Assembly (NCBI GenBank): GCA_016748015.1
Contig: JAAOMT010000708.1
Coordinates: 186,001 to 250,000 of the forward strand
Reading direction: 5' to 3'
DNA length: 64,000 nucleotides
DNA from: Geosiphon pyriformis uo1
Lineage: Eukaryota > Fungi > Glomeromycota
Part shown: in pieces, positions 1-14,600 of the stretch
Layout: each line of letters opens with the position of its first letter
Numbering within the stretch: position 1 is the stretch's first letter
Program-made: the position numbers and the translations under genes
The notes under the pieces: model-generated
What the model was told of the DNA's origin: nothing
The model's database searches: none
What the model saw: the letters and a program-made list of their open reading frames with translations, nothing else

Positions 1-3000
1 CTAAATACCAATAGTCTTTTCAATGGAGTCACCATTAATCAGGATAAACCAATAACTGTTCTGTATACTAATGCTAGAGTTGGAAACATAGACATTTAAT
101 TAATCCTCAATAATAGATCAGCAGATAGTATAATTACAAAGCAATTTATGAATCAACTAGGTTACCAAGTAGACTATGCAGCTACTGTCCAAATCATAAC
201 CACAAATGGAAATACTAAAATTCCAATAAAAAAAATTAACAACTTTTCCTTCAAAATTAACAGAATTCAAATCTCTACTAAAGTGCTTATTATGGAAGCC
301 ACCCAATATCAAGCCCTTATAAGAAATAATTGGTTAGTCAAAGTTAATACCACTCTCAACTGGAATATGTAGGAACTACAGATCACTTTTAACAGACAGT
401 ATGCATGAGTTCTAGCTATATGTGGACATTTCAAAGCTTAAAGCCCAGAAAAACTGCTGCTTAAATTTAAAAACTCAATACCATCATCAACAATAGAAGC
501 CTATTAAGTTTTTTGGGCTGATAATTACTAAGCAAAGTTATCTTTACCACCAACTTGAGAAGAAAAAAGCAAAAGAAAAACTACAATTAGCACTTGCAGG
601 CTATCCTATTCCAAGTCAAGAAAGTTAATAGTATCAAATCCTGAAATTAATTTGTATTGACTGTGAGAAAAAGTTATCTTCTATGGGTGTATGTATCAGA
701 GATGACAAGGAATGGCCAATTACCACCAAATATTACTGCAAATCTTGTGTGTTGAAAAGATTTGGCAGGCCAAAATAACAAGGCAAATAAGACAATACAT
801 TATGCCTTGTCTGTGGCAAGATTCTGTCAGATAAAAAACTATGAAACAATGTTTTTGGCAAAGGAAAAACATGTGATAAAGCATGTCAATACATCATCTT
901 GATCAATAATTGAGTATAAAAAAGAATATCAATCAAGAATGCTTAAAGATGAGCACTTAGTAGATTGGATGATTACTTGCATAATAAACATGAAATATGG
1001 AGAATAATAAGTGCCAAAGCTAAAAGTGCCATATTTAGTGAAATACAAAAAATCAAAGAAAATTTATTTACACCAGAATATAATAGACCTGACTACATTA
1101 CAGAAGATTTCTTCATGGATGACCTGGACACATTTTAAAATTAATACCAGGAATTGGTCTTGACCCAAAAAGAACAAAAACAGTGGTTAGCTGATCTAAA
1201 CACAAAACTATGTGATCATTGTTTAATCTCTTGTTATTTTTAATATTGTGACAAATGTAATCTCATGTTCAATCTGTTTCCAAGAAAACTATATTCAATC
1301 ACTGAACTACTTGAGTCTGAGGTAGAAAAAAAATTAATTACCAAGAACATGTTGTTTTAAAATTCAACTAAGGATATTAAAACAAAACAGTATTTCACTT
1401 ATCCAGATCTCTCCAAAAAATTAGAATTAAAATGGTATAGTAACAATGAAAAAAAAATTTGCCCCAAAAGAGTACATGACACCAATGCTAATTTCAACCT
1501 ACAATACTTTAGACAATTATCTATAGTTATAGTCCCACATTCTCTTGTAACAATAGATCTTAAGATAGTATTAGAAATTTCTGTTAGTACAATGGTACAA
1601 GTTGCCTCTCAATTTAGTCTAGCCAAGAAAAAAATCAATGTAAAAGGAGGAATTATTAGTTATACAAAAAACATCATTATAATGCTACAGAACAATTTGA
1701 GCAAACTCTACAAAATAGAATTACAAGAAAAAATTGCTCAAGCTATCTTCTTATCCCTAGTCAAAATACTCCAATTAACCCCAGTAACAACCTGAGAAGA
1801 ATTAGGTTTTACTGCCCAAGGAATCAATGGGTTTGGATCAAATGGAAGAGGAAACATATCAGTCAACTTTACAGAAGAAGACAGTAATCAGGTAGAATTT
1901 ATTTACATCAATACAGTCATCTCTATTCCCTTATACTGACAATACATTCTTAAAATGAATCAAAAGATCCAAGATCAAGCTCTGTTATTTAAAGCCAGTT
2001 CTGAAATCTGTTCCCTAGCTGATGTTGCTAACATATATCTACTGACCAAAGTCCATAAACACTTCAAAATCCCCATCTACAACTCTACAGAAGATGTCAT
2101 TAAAATCTCCAAAGAGATTTTTGTTGGTTCTATCTTACTAGACATTCAACATCTCAAAAAACTCCAGCCTATTCCAAATTTCACACAGCTATTTTTATTT
2201 TGTGATATTACCTCACAAGGATGGAATTTGTCAAAAAAAAGTTACTTGTTCATGCCAGAAAAAATTGATAAATTACACTTGGAAAACCTGAGTACTTTTC
2301 AGCAAATGCAACTTAAGATTTTCTTGAATCAATACACCAATGTTTTTGCCAGTGAAAATGAGTTTAGACACACTAACATTGTGAAGCATCAAATTAATAC
2401 AGGAAATGTACAACCTATTAAATAGTAGGCTTACTAAGTGCTCCTATCTGGTAATAATCTAATTAAGCAAGAAGTACAATAAATGCTTAATAATGGCTTA
2501 ATTAAAGAATTGTTAAGTTTTTGGTCCTCTTTAGTAGTCTTGGTCACCAAGAAAAACAAGAAAATAAGATTTTGTGTAGACTACTAAAAGCTAAACAGTA
2601 TTACCTAAGGAAATAGTTACCCCACACCTCTTATTCAAAAAATTTTGGACAATTTAGGAAACAAAAAATGGTTCTCGTCATTAGATCTAGCCAGTAGATA
2701 TTGGCAGATTGAAATGAACTCCAAAAACAAAAAAAAAACAGCATTTACCACTCAAGACAGAAACTTCAAGTTCAACATGATGCCCTTTGGACTTTGCAAT
2801 ATTTCCACTACTTTTCAGCATTTTATAGATGTTGTATACAAAAGAATTTTGTGGAAATCAGTTATAGTATACTTAGACAACACTAATGTCTTTTCAGAAA
2901 CATTTAATGATCACTTGCTCTATCTTTAGCAAGTCTTCAAATGCCTTTGTAGTGCCAGATTGAAACTCAATTCTGATAAATGCTTCTTTAGAAAGACCAA

Positions 3001-3673
3001 GTTGAAATTTCTAGAACATATAATCAGAAAAAATGGAGTTAAACCTGACCCAAATAAGGTTCAAAAAGTCAAAGATTTTCCAGCTCCAATCAACCTTAGA
3101 GAATTACAAGAATTTTTAGGATTAACAAGATACTATTAATGATTCATCAAAAAATTCTTGACTATTACAAAACCATTTCACCAGTTGTTGTCTAAACATG
3201 TACAGTACTTATGAAAAAAATACCAACAGAAAGCATTTGATTATCTAAAGCAGCAATTAATTACATCTCCAATCCTGATTTACTCAGATTTCACTAAACA
3301 GTTCATTGTTACTACAGACATCTCAAAAAATGCTTTAGGAGCAGTTTTATTACAAATAAAACCAAACAATAGAGAACATTCAATTGTCTATGTCAGTTGT
3401 AACACTAGCCCAGCAGAAAAAAATTACAGCACAACAGATTTGAAATGTCTTGCCATTTATTAGGCCATACAGATATGGAAACATTACCTCAATCTGCCCT
3501 TTGACTTATATATTGATTATAAAAAACTTGTTTGGTTACTCAACAATCCACAACTAGAGAGAAAATATGCAAGATAGAGTACTTATCTGCAACAATTCTT
3601 ACTTAAAGTTTATTACAAAAAAGAATCCAAAAACACCAATGTCAACAGTTTGTCGAGGATGTCACAAACCTAA
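1..3673 (+). pseudogene. A1 pol remnant: protease, zinc region, dUTPase (~1430-1850), RT, RNase H
   Basis: ORF fragments KIAQAIF (dUTPase motif 4), KWFSSLDLASRYWQ and MPFGLCN (RT), VYLDN; many in-frame stops from transitions; ends LSRMSQT-TAA at 3671-3673. Confidence 0.9.
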
Positions 3674-3683
3674 TTCTAGATTC

Positions 3684-5051
3684 ATGGACACAACCAATTA
3701 CTACTGACTACATTAATACTTATCAACACTATGTTTTAAAGAGATATTATCTTAACAGGAACAGAGTATCATATGAAAACAAGCCTGAAATTATTTTATT
3801 TAAGACAACCAATTATATCAATGAGAATGCCAAAACTGCCCCACCTCATAATAAGTTATCAAAAACAATAAAAAGGAAACTATATTACATAATATGCATT
3901 CTGATCCAACTGTAAGACACTTTAACAAAAATGCTATCCTCAAAAAAATCCTAAATTTATACTATTGGCCAACAATATACAAAGACATTTTCAAATACAT
4001 GCTCAATTGTAATTCATGCCAGTGAAAAGAAAGAGCCAGAACAATGGAACCACTTTGATTTATTCCAGTTGGAAATCTATTTGATAGAATTAGAATTGAT
4101 TTGGTTGGTCCTTTCTTCATAATATCCAAATAAAATTATTATATTGCTGTAATCATAGATTATTTGACAAAATGGCCAGAAGCCAGAGCCATTCAAGTAG
4201 CAGATGCTAAAACAGTAGTTGAGTTCATACACCAAGATTTGATTTGCAGACATGGATGCCTGAAAGAACTGCTATCTGATCAAGGAATGCATTTTGTTAA
4301 TAATATGTTAACTGGATTAAGTTAACTGTTTAGAATAAAATGTCTTTTATTGTTACTATCTTACTCACAAACAAACAGATTAGTAGAATGATTTAACCAA
4401 ACATTGTGTAAAGCACTAGCAAAAATAAGTCATAAAAACAAATAAAAATGAGACTTATTTATACCTTCTGTACTTTTTACATACCAAACACTGAAACAAG
4501 ATACAACTCAGTTCACACCATTCGAATTAGTCTATGGAAAAAAAGCCACTCTACTTATTAAAAGAGAAATACAGTTGTACTTAACAGAAGCTATCACTAA
4601 AGAAAATTTCAAAGTAACCTTATACTATAGGACATACTAGCTTATAAAAATATTAGAAAATAATCATAAAACAGCAGCTGACAACATTAATAATACTCAA
4701 GAACAACAAAAAAAAAGACATGATAAATGCCTATCTAAACAACCAATGGAATTCAAGATTGGAGACCAAGTACTATTACATCATACAAAAGCTGAAAAAC
4801 AATAGAGTGGAAAGTTTGACCCAAAGTGAAATGGTTTTTTTCATATACACAAAGTTTTAGGCAATGGAACTTACAAATTATAATTGGAAGAAAGAATTCT
4901 AAAGAAAGTAGCACATGAAAATTGGTTAAAAATTTATTATGTAAAACAAAAATCATCATCATCAGTATCTTAACTAGGAACACAAATTTCATTAATCAAA
5001 CCAGAAGATATACCATGAGATCTAGAACCAATTATTGTCATCATATTGTAG
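3684..5051 (+). pseudogene. A1 integrase (HHCC, DDE core, GPY/F-type module) as its own ORF
   Basis: ATG 3684, 10 nt after the RNase H stop; YYWP, IDLVGP, DYLTKWPEA, SDQG motifs; ends EPIIVI..TAG. Confidence 0.85.
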
Positions 5052-5845
5052 ACAATATACAACAAATTAAATTAGGGAATTTAAATATATATAGTATTCA
5101 AAAAGCAGTAAGAAACAATAAAACTTTTAACATAGACCTGTCAGATTAAATTCTACAATTCTTGAAACAACTATTTGATGCAATTCAACAATTTTCTGCT
5201 CAAATAAAAGTGATAATTGATAGAAAAAAGATATAATATAAAGATAGAAGCAGGAAAAAAGAGGGTAAGAGTTTAACTAGAACTAACTATTCTTATTCCT
5301 ATTCAATATCTGAGAGGAGAAATTGGTGAAAAGCTTTCTCTTAAGTGAGACTGAGAATAAAAAAAGTTTATAAAAGATACCTGGTCCTTGAACTTAAAGA
5401 AATTAAAAAAGCTTTAGCTTAAGAGACCAAACTCCTTGAAACAGGAGAATAGACATTTGACAATATTTAGGAATAGAAAAAAAGACTTCCTTCAGCATAT
5501 TGGTTCTACAAGATTGGTGAACAACTAGATTTGAAGACATTATATAGAGACTTCAGCCAAAAAACTTTTAACAAAAAAGCAATACAACAAGTAAAAAAAT
5601 TCATAGGAAAAAGCAATCTGATCTTATATTACAAAGCAGCATACTGACTATATGCCACTTTTTAATATTGTCCAAACATACTGTTGTATGGATCTATAAA
5701 GACTATAACAGTTAACAACATAGGATGAATAACCAATCAACAGTTCAAAGACCTATGAAGAACAATATTCAATATGACTATCAAACACTACATGAACAAA
5801 GCCAGAATAACAAATACATACAATTTTGCAGGAGCTTAATTCTAA
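5052..5845 (+). pseudogene. A1 ORF3, unknown protein between IN and PPT
   Basis: Homologous to 52715-53530(-) and, distantly, to 30022-30672; reading frame differs from IN. Confidence 0.65.
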
Positions 5846-5859
5846 AAAGAGAGAGATAA

Positions 5860-6893
5860 TATTACTCGAGTAAAAAAACTGATCCAAAGTTATAAAGAAA
5901 CATGACCAAAACATAACATAATACAGAATAGTGCACAATAATGTTGGATAACACATTATAACTTAGAATAATACAGAATAACGCATTATAATGTAGGATA
6001 ATACAGAATAACATGTAATAACACCAGATAATATGTTATAACAGAGAATAACTAGAAATAACGTAAAAGAACAAAGCAATAACAAAAATAGTAAAGCAAT
6101 AGTTAGCAATAATGAAACAATCAAAAGCAATCTTGTAAAACCAAAAGAATATATAAAAGTGAATAGTTGCAGAAATTAGAAAGGAACATCTAGATATGAA
6201 TTACTAGACAAGAATCAAATATTTTTACTCCTTCCATCATTTATTCTATTCCATTTTTATCTTTTGAAATAAATTGATTATTAAGAAATTAGAATCACGA
6301 ATTTATGTTTTCAAATTTTGTGAACTTTATGTAAATTAACCATTGTTTTGTATCTTCATTCCAGAACAAATGCTCTTAGCATAATTGCCTTAAACTATTA
6401 ACAATTTGGACCAATTGCTCTTGATTATGATAATTAATGATACTAATTCTTTTCTTTCTTTCTTTCTTTTATTTCTTTTCTTTTTATTTTTATTTTTATT
6501 TTTTTGTGAAATGGCAACATAATAAAATTGACTGTCTGGGAATAGATTTTGTGATAGCCTGGTAAAAGAGGGAGGCTTTTCCTAAGTTTTGGATATTAAC
6601 ATTATTTTGTTAGCTTACCAGAAGGGCAAAAAGACAATGTCAGACTTTAATAACTGTGCTTGTTAGCTCAGAAAAGAAAGCTTATCTTTATAAAAAGTTA
6701 CAATCAGTGAAAACCAAAACTCTATGTCTTATAACCAAAGAACTCAATAAGTAAATTCACAACCAGTAAAATAAAACCTTCAGAAACTAATAATTAAAAA
6801 TTAAGCCACCAGAATTACATGAAACACAAATTACCAATAATTAAGAGCACCAAATGTTACTATTTCCCTACTCTACCAAGTTTATTCATAACA
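5860..6893 (+). repeat. A1 3' LTR (~1.03 kb) with ATAAC-based tandem repeats in U3
   Basis: Follows purine tract AAAAAGAGAGAGATAA; decayed TGTTAC...GTAACA termini; matches 51628-52698 and 60735-61805. Confidence 0.9.
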
Positions 6894-8966
6894 ATGTGTA
6901 TTTTGGTTTGTATTTTTTTTTGATTAGTTTGCATTTTGGTTTTATGTAAAATTTCTTTGTTGTGTATAATGTAGATATATAGTATTGTCTTGACTAGTAC
7001 AAGTTGTTGATTACATATAAAAAAGATATGAATTATACTTAATTTAAAATTTTTCTTAATTGTATTTTCTTAAGTAGTGATTGGACTGTATTTGTAAAAC
7101 TTAATAAAAAAAAATAAAAAATAATAGTATTTAATAATATAAGTAAATAATAAGTAATAATTAAAATAATAATAATAATAATATATATTAATTAATAATA
7201 AAAATTATAAGAGTAATTTTATGTTAATTATTGACTAAAATTTTACTGATAATATAATCTTTTCTTTAAGATTAAGCTTTATTAAAGTTCAAATATTATT
7301 TATAATACTTAAATAGTAATTCAATATTATTAAAGTAATTTGGTTTAAAAATTGTTAAAATTTTGGTTCTGTAAACTTATTAATATATTATATTTTTATT
7401 GGTTAAAGTATTAGATTTTGTAAAATATTTTCACAAGTATTGAATAAATTATGAAGTTTAAAAGCTGTTTTAAATTTATAGCACATATTTGTTAATCTAA
7501 CTATTGTTTTAAATTTGTTGTGTATTTGTTTTTGTATGGCTTTAAGAGTGAGATTAATTGTTTTAAATTCTAATTTTTATTGATAAAATGTTTTTTTAAT
7601 TCAAAAATATTAATATATAAAAATATATTTACTGCTTTTGTCAAAATATAGTTGAAGTTTTTGTTGTATTATAATATTTAGAGAAATGTTAAAAGAAATA
7701 AACAATAGTTTTCTTCTAAGACTTGCTTCAAAAGTTTTGGTAAATAAATTCCAGAATAACTTTTCATATTTTTTCTATATTAATAATAATTATGAAAATT
7801 ATTTACTATTGAGATTGTAGTTTCTTTCTGAATATAATTTATTTGACTTTTATTGATTTTTATAGATATGTTAAAAAGTATTTTTAAAGCTAACATTAAT
7901 TTTTGGAATATTTGTTAAATATTTAAAGAATAATTATTATAAATTATAAAAAAAATATTAAATTTGTGAAAAAAAAATAAAATTATTTTTAGTATAAAAG
8001 TTTTATATATTTTTGGTTTGAATATTTTCTGGCAATTATTTTTTTATTTTTGTTTAATGTTTTTGTATTATTTTTAAAATATTAATATAATAAATAATTT
8101 AAATATTCAGATTTGATTATTGTTTTATTATAATTATTGGTTCTAAGTTTTAAAGAATATCTTTAAGATTAATTAAAAAAATATATATACCAATTTGTAA
8201 AATTAATAGTTTAGATTTGGTTCTGAAATAATAGTATTTTAATTAATTTCAATGTGCAACTTTTTTTAAAATTTTGTTATTAAGTTTTAACTTATATAAT
8301 CTATTATTTAAAACTTTGTAAATATAAAATAGTCTGTTCTATTTATAATTAAATTTTTTATTCTATTGTTTTTTAGTCTGAGTTTTGTATAAAAAAACTT
8401 TATTTTCAATTTTAAATTTATTGATAACAGATAGCAATTTGTTATTATAATATTTTTTTTTGTTAAACTTAAGAATATTTAATATAAGTAACTATAATTT
8501 GTTGTTTTCTTTTTAATATGTTAAAAAAAGTATAGGCTTTTTATTTAAAAGTTTTTTTTTGTAATTAGTTTTACTGAGTATATTTCTATAATAAAATTAA
8601 TTAATAATATTGCTGTTTTTTTATAAGTCAAATTAAATAGTGTGTGTTTTAGAGTATTTTGTTTAAGTGTTTTGTATACTAATAATACTAATAGAATAAA
8701 AATATTTTATATCTGCTCAAAATCAATTAAAACTTTGGTTAATAATTTACATAATATTTGGTTGAATTATTGTACTAATCCATTTGTTTATAAATAATAA
8801 AATAATAGAGGTCATTTAATATTAAATTATTCACAAATTTTTTGTATTAAATTATTTACAAAATGTGTTTTTTGGTTAAATAAAAGTTTAATTGGATATT
8901 TGTGTCTACAAATAATGTTTTCATAGATGAAATTTGCTATTGATTTTGTATTTGCTTATTAAATAG
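6894..8966 (-). mobile_element. Old, heavily decayed gypsy remnant F: IN core/C-terminus (~8200-8966), downstream region, PPT (~7255-7270), partial 3' LTR (6894-7254)
   Basis: Minus strand reads ANFIYENIICRH, THFVNNLI, TNGLV; pre-PPT motif similar to the other families. Confidence 0.7.
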
Positions 8967-9168
8967 TATTATAGGTAATTATTTGGAGTGTTAAATCAAA
9001 TAACAAATTCATAATATAATATTTAATAACTGTTGATATTGGTAATTTCTGAAACTTTTAGAGTTTAAAGATTTTGGTTAAGTTTTTTGTATAATAGACA
9101 GAGATTTAATTAATGGTTTTTTTCTGTAAATTTTTTTTTTTAGCATGGTGACTGATTTATTTTGGTAG
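8967..9168 (-). repeat. U5 end of the 3' LTR of element E, piece 1 of 3 (continues 21057-21370 and 31570-31887)
   Basis: Decayed TGTTACAGGT terminus; sequence resumes exactly after removing elements C1 and B1 with their 4-bp TSDs. Confidence 0.85.
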
Positions 9169-10199
9169 TGTTATTTATAGAAAAATACAAAAAAAGAAAG
9201 CTAAAAAAAAATAGATAAGAAAATAGACCAATAGAAGAATAATACTTAACATATAAGCACAATATCAAAAAACTATAACACATTGCTCAGCAATATACAT
9301 ATTGCTAGTAAATTATAGCATACTGTTCAGTAATATGAGCAATATTAATAAATTAGGGCATACTGCTTAACAATATAAGCAATATTAATAAATTAGGGCA
9401 TACTGCTTAGCAATATGAGTAATATTAGTAAATTAAAACATATTGTACAAGAAAAATATAAGATCTTATAAAACAAGAAATATGTATATATAATAAGAGT
9501 GTTAGAAGCAGAAAAAACAGAATTCATATCAGAATTTGGTTTAGAATCAATACTTACAACCTATTAATTATCTTATACTCTTTCTTTTAAAAAGTAGTTT
9601 TTTACAACTTGAAACAGAATCAAATCACATATTAATAAAATATCAATTACTATTTGAATTTATGTTATTATCACTTGATTAAAAAAATATCAAACACTTT
9701 TACTCTATTAACATAAAGTATTAATAGAATTTAATACTTAATTATATTGGACCAATAGTTCTTAATTATGACTATTGACAAAATATTAATTTTTTAATTT
9801 TTTTTTATCTTCTCTTATTTTTATCTTTTTTATTTTTTTTGTTTGTTTTGTTGATTTACTAACTGATTAAAAAAATTAAACATTAAGTATTTTAATGTTA
9901 AAGATAGTCTGATAAAAGACTTAAAAATAAGAATATAGAACTAAAAAATTGAGAATAGCTTACCAGAAAAGCACAACTGCCAGAATAAACCAGCCACTAT
10001 GCTAAAGAAAAAATTGACAGAATAACTATTCTGGAAAACTACTGAAACAACCATTAAATCTCTGTTCATTATACAAAAAACTTTACTTAAAACCTTCAGA
10101 TTACGAAAACTTTTAAATATTACTAATATTATTTAGCTATTAAACACCAAGTTATGAATTTGTTATTTGTATCAACACTCCAGATAATTATCTGTAATA
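9169..10199 (+). repeat. C1 5' LTR with ~39-bp tandem repeats in U3 (~9280-9445)
   Basis: Direct repeat of 20024-21056; followed by TTTGGTGCTCTCTGTGA PBS. Confidence 0.9.
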
Positions 10200-10846
10200 T
10201 TTGGTGCTCTCTGTGAAATATAATTTAACAGAGAACCAATATCAACAGCAATTATTTAGAACAGTAGCAGAATCAGAAAAAATAGGAACAAATTATTTGG
10301 AATTTGTAAAAGTTTTATTTCAACACTATCAAACTTACTTAGAATTAACAAGTAACTATTGACCAGTAGAATCAACTTTCAACTTTTATGTCAATAAAAA
10401 GATTAAGTTTCATTTAAGAGACCAAGAAAATCTAGAAGCAGCACTCAACAATTTCAATAGTGAATTGTTTCAAAATACCACATTTCTACAAAATTATTTG
10501 TTCACTTCAATAATCACAAAAATCAACAGAAAAATTGAGAAACACACCAAACAGTAATTTTTTATTATCTTTACAGATAACAAAAAAGGAAAGTTATAAA
10601 CACCAGCAGAAATACCAAGAAAAATACAACTATTTATGTAAAAGAAACCAAGAGTAATTTTACTTATTTATCTATTATATTATTACATGCCTAAAAGTAC
10701 TATTAATATATCATCAAAAATTGTATTATTATTAATAAAAACATTATTAGCAAAAATAACATTCCAAAGCCAACAAAAAAAAACCAATTTATTAGAAACT
10801 TATGGCAATTTCTTTAAAGAATTTAAATTATAATTACTAACACTAT

Positions 10847-11635
10847 TATTACAAGTGATTACTTGGGGTCTTAAAGCAAATAACAAATCTGTAACTTGGT
10901 GCTCAATTGATATAATGATGTTAATATCTGAAGATTTTGGTTGGTCTGAAGATTTTGTTGTGAAGTTTTTTGTATAATGGACAGAGATTCAATAGTTGTT
11001 TCAGTAGCTTTCTGGAATCGCAATTTCATCCAATTTCTTTCTCAGTGTAGTGGCCAGTAATCTGGCAGAAATGTTCTTCTGGTAAGCTATTCTTAAATTT
11101 TTAATGTTATACCTTTCTTTTGAGGTCTTTTACCAGACTATTCTTGATGTCAATAATTCAGTGCTTTTTCTCTTTAATCAATTAATAAAACAAAAAAAAA
11201 TAACAAAAAGAAAATGAAAAAAAAATAAAGAAATAAACCAAAATGATGAGTATTAGTATTCCATCAATAGCCATGATCAAAAGCTATTGTTCCAATGTGA
11301 TTAAGTATCAATTACTATTAACATGAAGTGTTGATAGTAAAGAGTGGATTGAAATAGTGAATAATTATTTATTGATATTTGTGAATAGAAAATTGCTTAG
11401 ATCAAATTTAAACTGAGAGATCTGTCTTTTCTTCTTTTAATACTACTGCTATATATACATAATTAATGTTCTATGAGATCACTCATATTTCCAAGCAATG
11501 TACTATAATTTTTTGAGCAATATGCCCTAATTTTCTAACATTACTCCACATTGCTGAGCAATGTGCTCATGTGCTAACTACTACTCTCCTATTGGTCTAC
11601 TATTTTCTATATCTGTTTTTTTTTTATAAGTAACA
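10847..11635 (-). repeat. Solo LTR inserted in the gag N-terminal extension of C1
   Basis: Decayed TGTTAC/GTAACA ends, TSD CTAT/CCAT, host frame resumes; same subfamily as 45825-46608. Confidence 0.9.
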
Positions 11636-14600
11636 CCATTAAGATTTCGATTACCACCACTCCAATTTGATTTCAGAGCTGCTAGTTTTTGGAAAATAAC
11701 TGACTCTGAAGAAAAGAAAAATAATAATCAGAAAAATAATAACCAAAACTTGATCTTAGAAAACCTAAAAATTCAAACTCTGACTGTTTAAGCTTAGCAA
11801 AATCTGAACAATTCAAACCTTATTCTTATTGTTTTTCAAAACTTATCTTCAATAATTGTGATCAATCTACTACCAGTTGTTCTAATTGCACCACAACAAC
11901 CACTTTAACCACAACTACAATAACAACTGATTATAGCATTAATAACATATGCACCAATTGCCAAATTAAAAAAATTTAACAGCAAGGAAAATAACACCCA
12001 AGTTTGATTGAATGACATCACTAAAGTCATTACTGCCAATAATTGGGACAATGTTAGAGCTTTTCAAGCCATTTCATATTTTCTCTAAGATACTGCCAAC
12101 TTATAATATCAAAGCTTGATTCAGAAACTCCAAAACTTTAATGAATTCAAAATTGAATTTTTAAGATACTTTAATAATAATAACAGTATTAATTGCTTGA
12201 CAATAGCATTTACTATCATCAAATAAAATAACATTAAAGTAGTCACTACTTATTTAGAATGCTTCTACAGAAATCTGTGCCAAATTTAAGTCATTAACAC
12301 TAATTATTTTACAGTGCTCCAAATCCTGAATCAGTTTATTTGTGGTCTATATAATAGTCTTCTACAATGCATATATTCATTATATTTCCAAACACTTTAA
12401 GATACAGTCACTAATGCCTAAGATTTTGAATTGGCTGAATTAGAAACCAATTATGTCCAAACTATAAATTTAGTAATAAACAGATCATTTGACTTGGATT
12501 TTAACTTGAAACAATTTAGTGATTCAATTAATCAGAAGCTAAAAGGATACTTAGCTAACAATTAAGTAATTTATTAGTTTTTACAATGTTGCAATAATCA
12601 AAAAAACTCAAATTGCCTTTAAAATTAACTGTATCCATTACTGTCAAACAATTAACAGTAGTAATAAGAGACATATAATTGCTACTATTGTGGTAAACAG
12701 AAACATTTACAAATTAATTGTCATATATAGTTAAATAATTAATGATTGGAAAATCAATATTGAAACTTTGATTACAGATTTTAAATTCTAAACAATACCA
12801 GTAATCAATCACCCAAACAATATCACTATTAACCATATTATTCTCCAATAATACAACCAATTTATTAGCCATTAATCTATCAAATCTCAACACCAGTAAT
12901 TTATTAACCATTTTAGCCCTAAATAATATATCAACTCCAACAAATTCAAACTCAGCTCCAGAACTTATCTTTTAATAGAAGCCAAAAGCCAAAAACAACT
13001 CAGATTTGCCAAAATTAGAGACTGACAATAGTAATATACCAACCAATTTCCAGTTTAACAGCCCAGCAATTTGGATTACAACAACTAAATTTAGAAACTA
13101 ACTATGCCCAAAACTCAAATGCCTAGCACTATTTAAGTCTCTTGATATCTCCAGAAATCATCACATCCAACTTATTGGAAACCAACCAAAAACAATTTAT
13201 TTTTACCAACAATATTCTATTAGCTATAATTACAAAGGATAAATTACTAACAGCCATATTTCTTTTTAAAATAGAAGATTTAACAACATCATCTCTATTC
13301 AGTAGAGCTGCTTTTAATGCCAAACTGATTATTGTTATGTATATAGATATTAAAATCAATGGCCATCTTATTAAACTAATTTTTAATAGTGGATTAGCAG
13401 ACAATATTATTACATAACAACTCATAGACCAGCTAGGCCATCAAGTTGATTATATTGCCAACACTAGAATTATTACAGCTGATAGAGCCACAAAGACTCT
13501 AATTGGTAAAATTAATGATTTTTTATTTAAAGTTAATGGCATTATCATGTCAATCAAAGTTTTTGTCATAAAAATAATGTAGTACTAAGCATTAGTTGGT
13601 AATAACTGACTGTTTAAAACCAATGTTGTGTTTAACTAAAATACTTAGAAGCTACAATTCAGTAAAAATAGTCTGCAAACTCAGATATCTGTCATCTGTA
13701 GCCATTTTAAGTCAACTGTTACTATTTTATCACTATTAATTAAATTAGAAAAGGAAAAAAAAACCTATCTAAAAAGTCTACCAAATCTTATAGGCTGATA
13801 AAAACCACAATAAATTATTACTAATCCTAACTTGGAAAGAAAAAAAAAAAAAAGAGAAAATAAGAACAATTTCAAGCCACCATCTCAATATATATTTCAT
13901 ATGACATTATACTACCAAAACAATTAATTTATTGTCAACTCAAGCTAATCTGCATCAATTATGACAAAAAATTATCAACAATAGATACATGTTGTGATAA
14001 TAAAAAGAAATGGCCAATAGTAATTAAGTACTATTGTTGCTTATGCATTCTTAAATGTTTTGAATAACTTAAACAACAAGGAAAATAGGACAATAAGTCT
14101 TTGTTTTGCATGTAAAACAATTTTTTCCAATGAAAAAATGTGGAATAACATTCCTGAATGAGGAAGAACATATAATAAATTATGTTAATACATGATTCTA
14201 ATCAATAATTGGATATGAAAAGGAACTTTAATCAATACTGTCTAAAAATAAATACTAAAATAATTAAATGATTACTCACATAATGAACATGAGATCTGAA
14301 GAATAATAAGTGCCAAAGCTAAAGGTATTTTAACTGGAAATCAAAAACAACTTACTAATACTTCCTAAACCCAAATTTGTCCTAACATTTGACTTTAACA
14401 ACAATATTATAAATGATCTTGAACAATTTCATAAGTACTACTAAGATCTAGCACCAATTCATAAAAAGCAAAAGCAAAAACTAGAATAATTAAATACAAA
14501 ACTATATAAACATTGTCTAATTTCTAATAACTTTGATTATTGTAATAATTGTGACTTCATTTACAATCTATCACTATACATAATTTATTTGTTTTTCAAA

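Larger units (their letters stand above)
1..6893 (+). mobile_element. Ty3/gypsy-type LTR retrotransposon, family A copy A1 (5' part lies outside window)
   Basis: Ordered PR, Cys-rich region, dUTPase, RT, RNase H, IN, ORF3, PPT and 3' LTR; colinear with the minus-strand copy at 51628-61805. Confidence 0.93.

Noticed and set aside
5012-5022. ATGA stop/start overlap between IN and ORF3 (also 29938-29943, 53564-53568)
   Set aside because: Sibling copies read CAA (19266) and TAA (36896) at this codon, pointing to ancestral CGA decayed at CpG; the conserved PII(V/I)I motif continues past it
6894-6910. Inversion between A1 and A2 suggested by the shared ATGT flank
   Set aside because: Beyond the tetramer, the A1 3' flank does not continue the family-B pol sequence that flanks A2
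9280-9445. CRISPR-like array
   Set aside because: Head-to-tail tandem repeats without unique spacers, inside LTR U3; no cas genes
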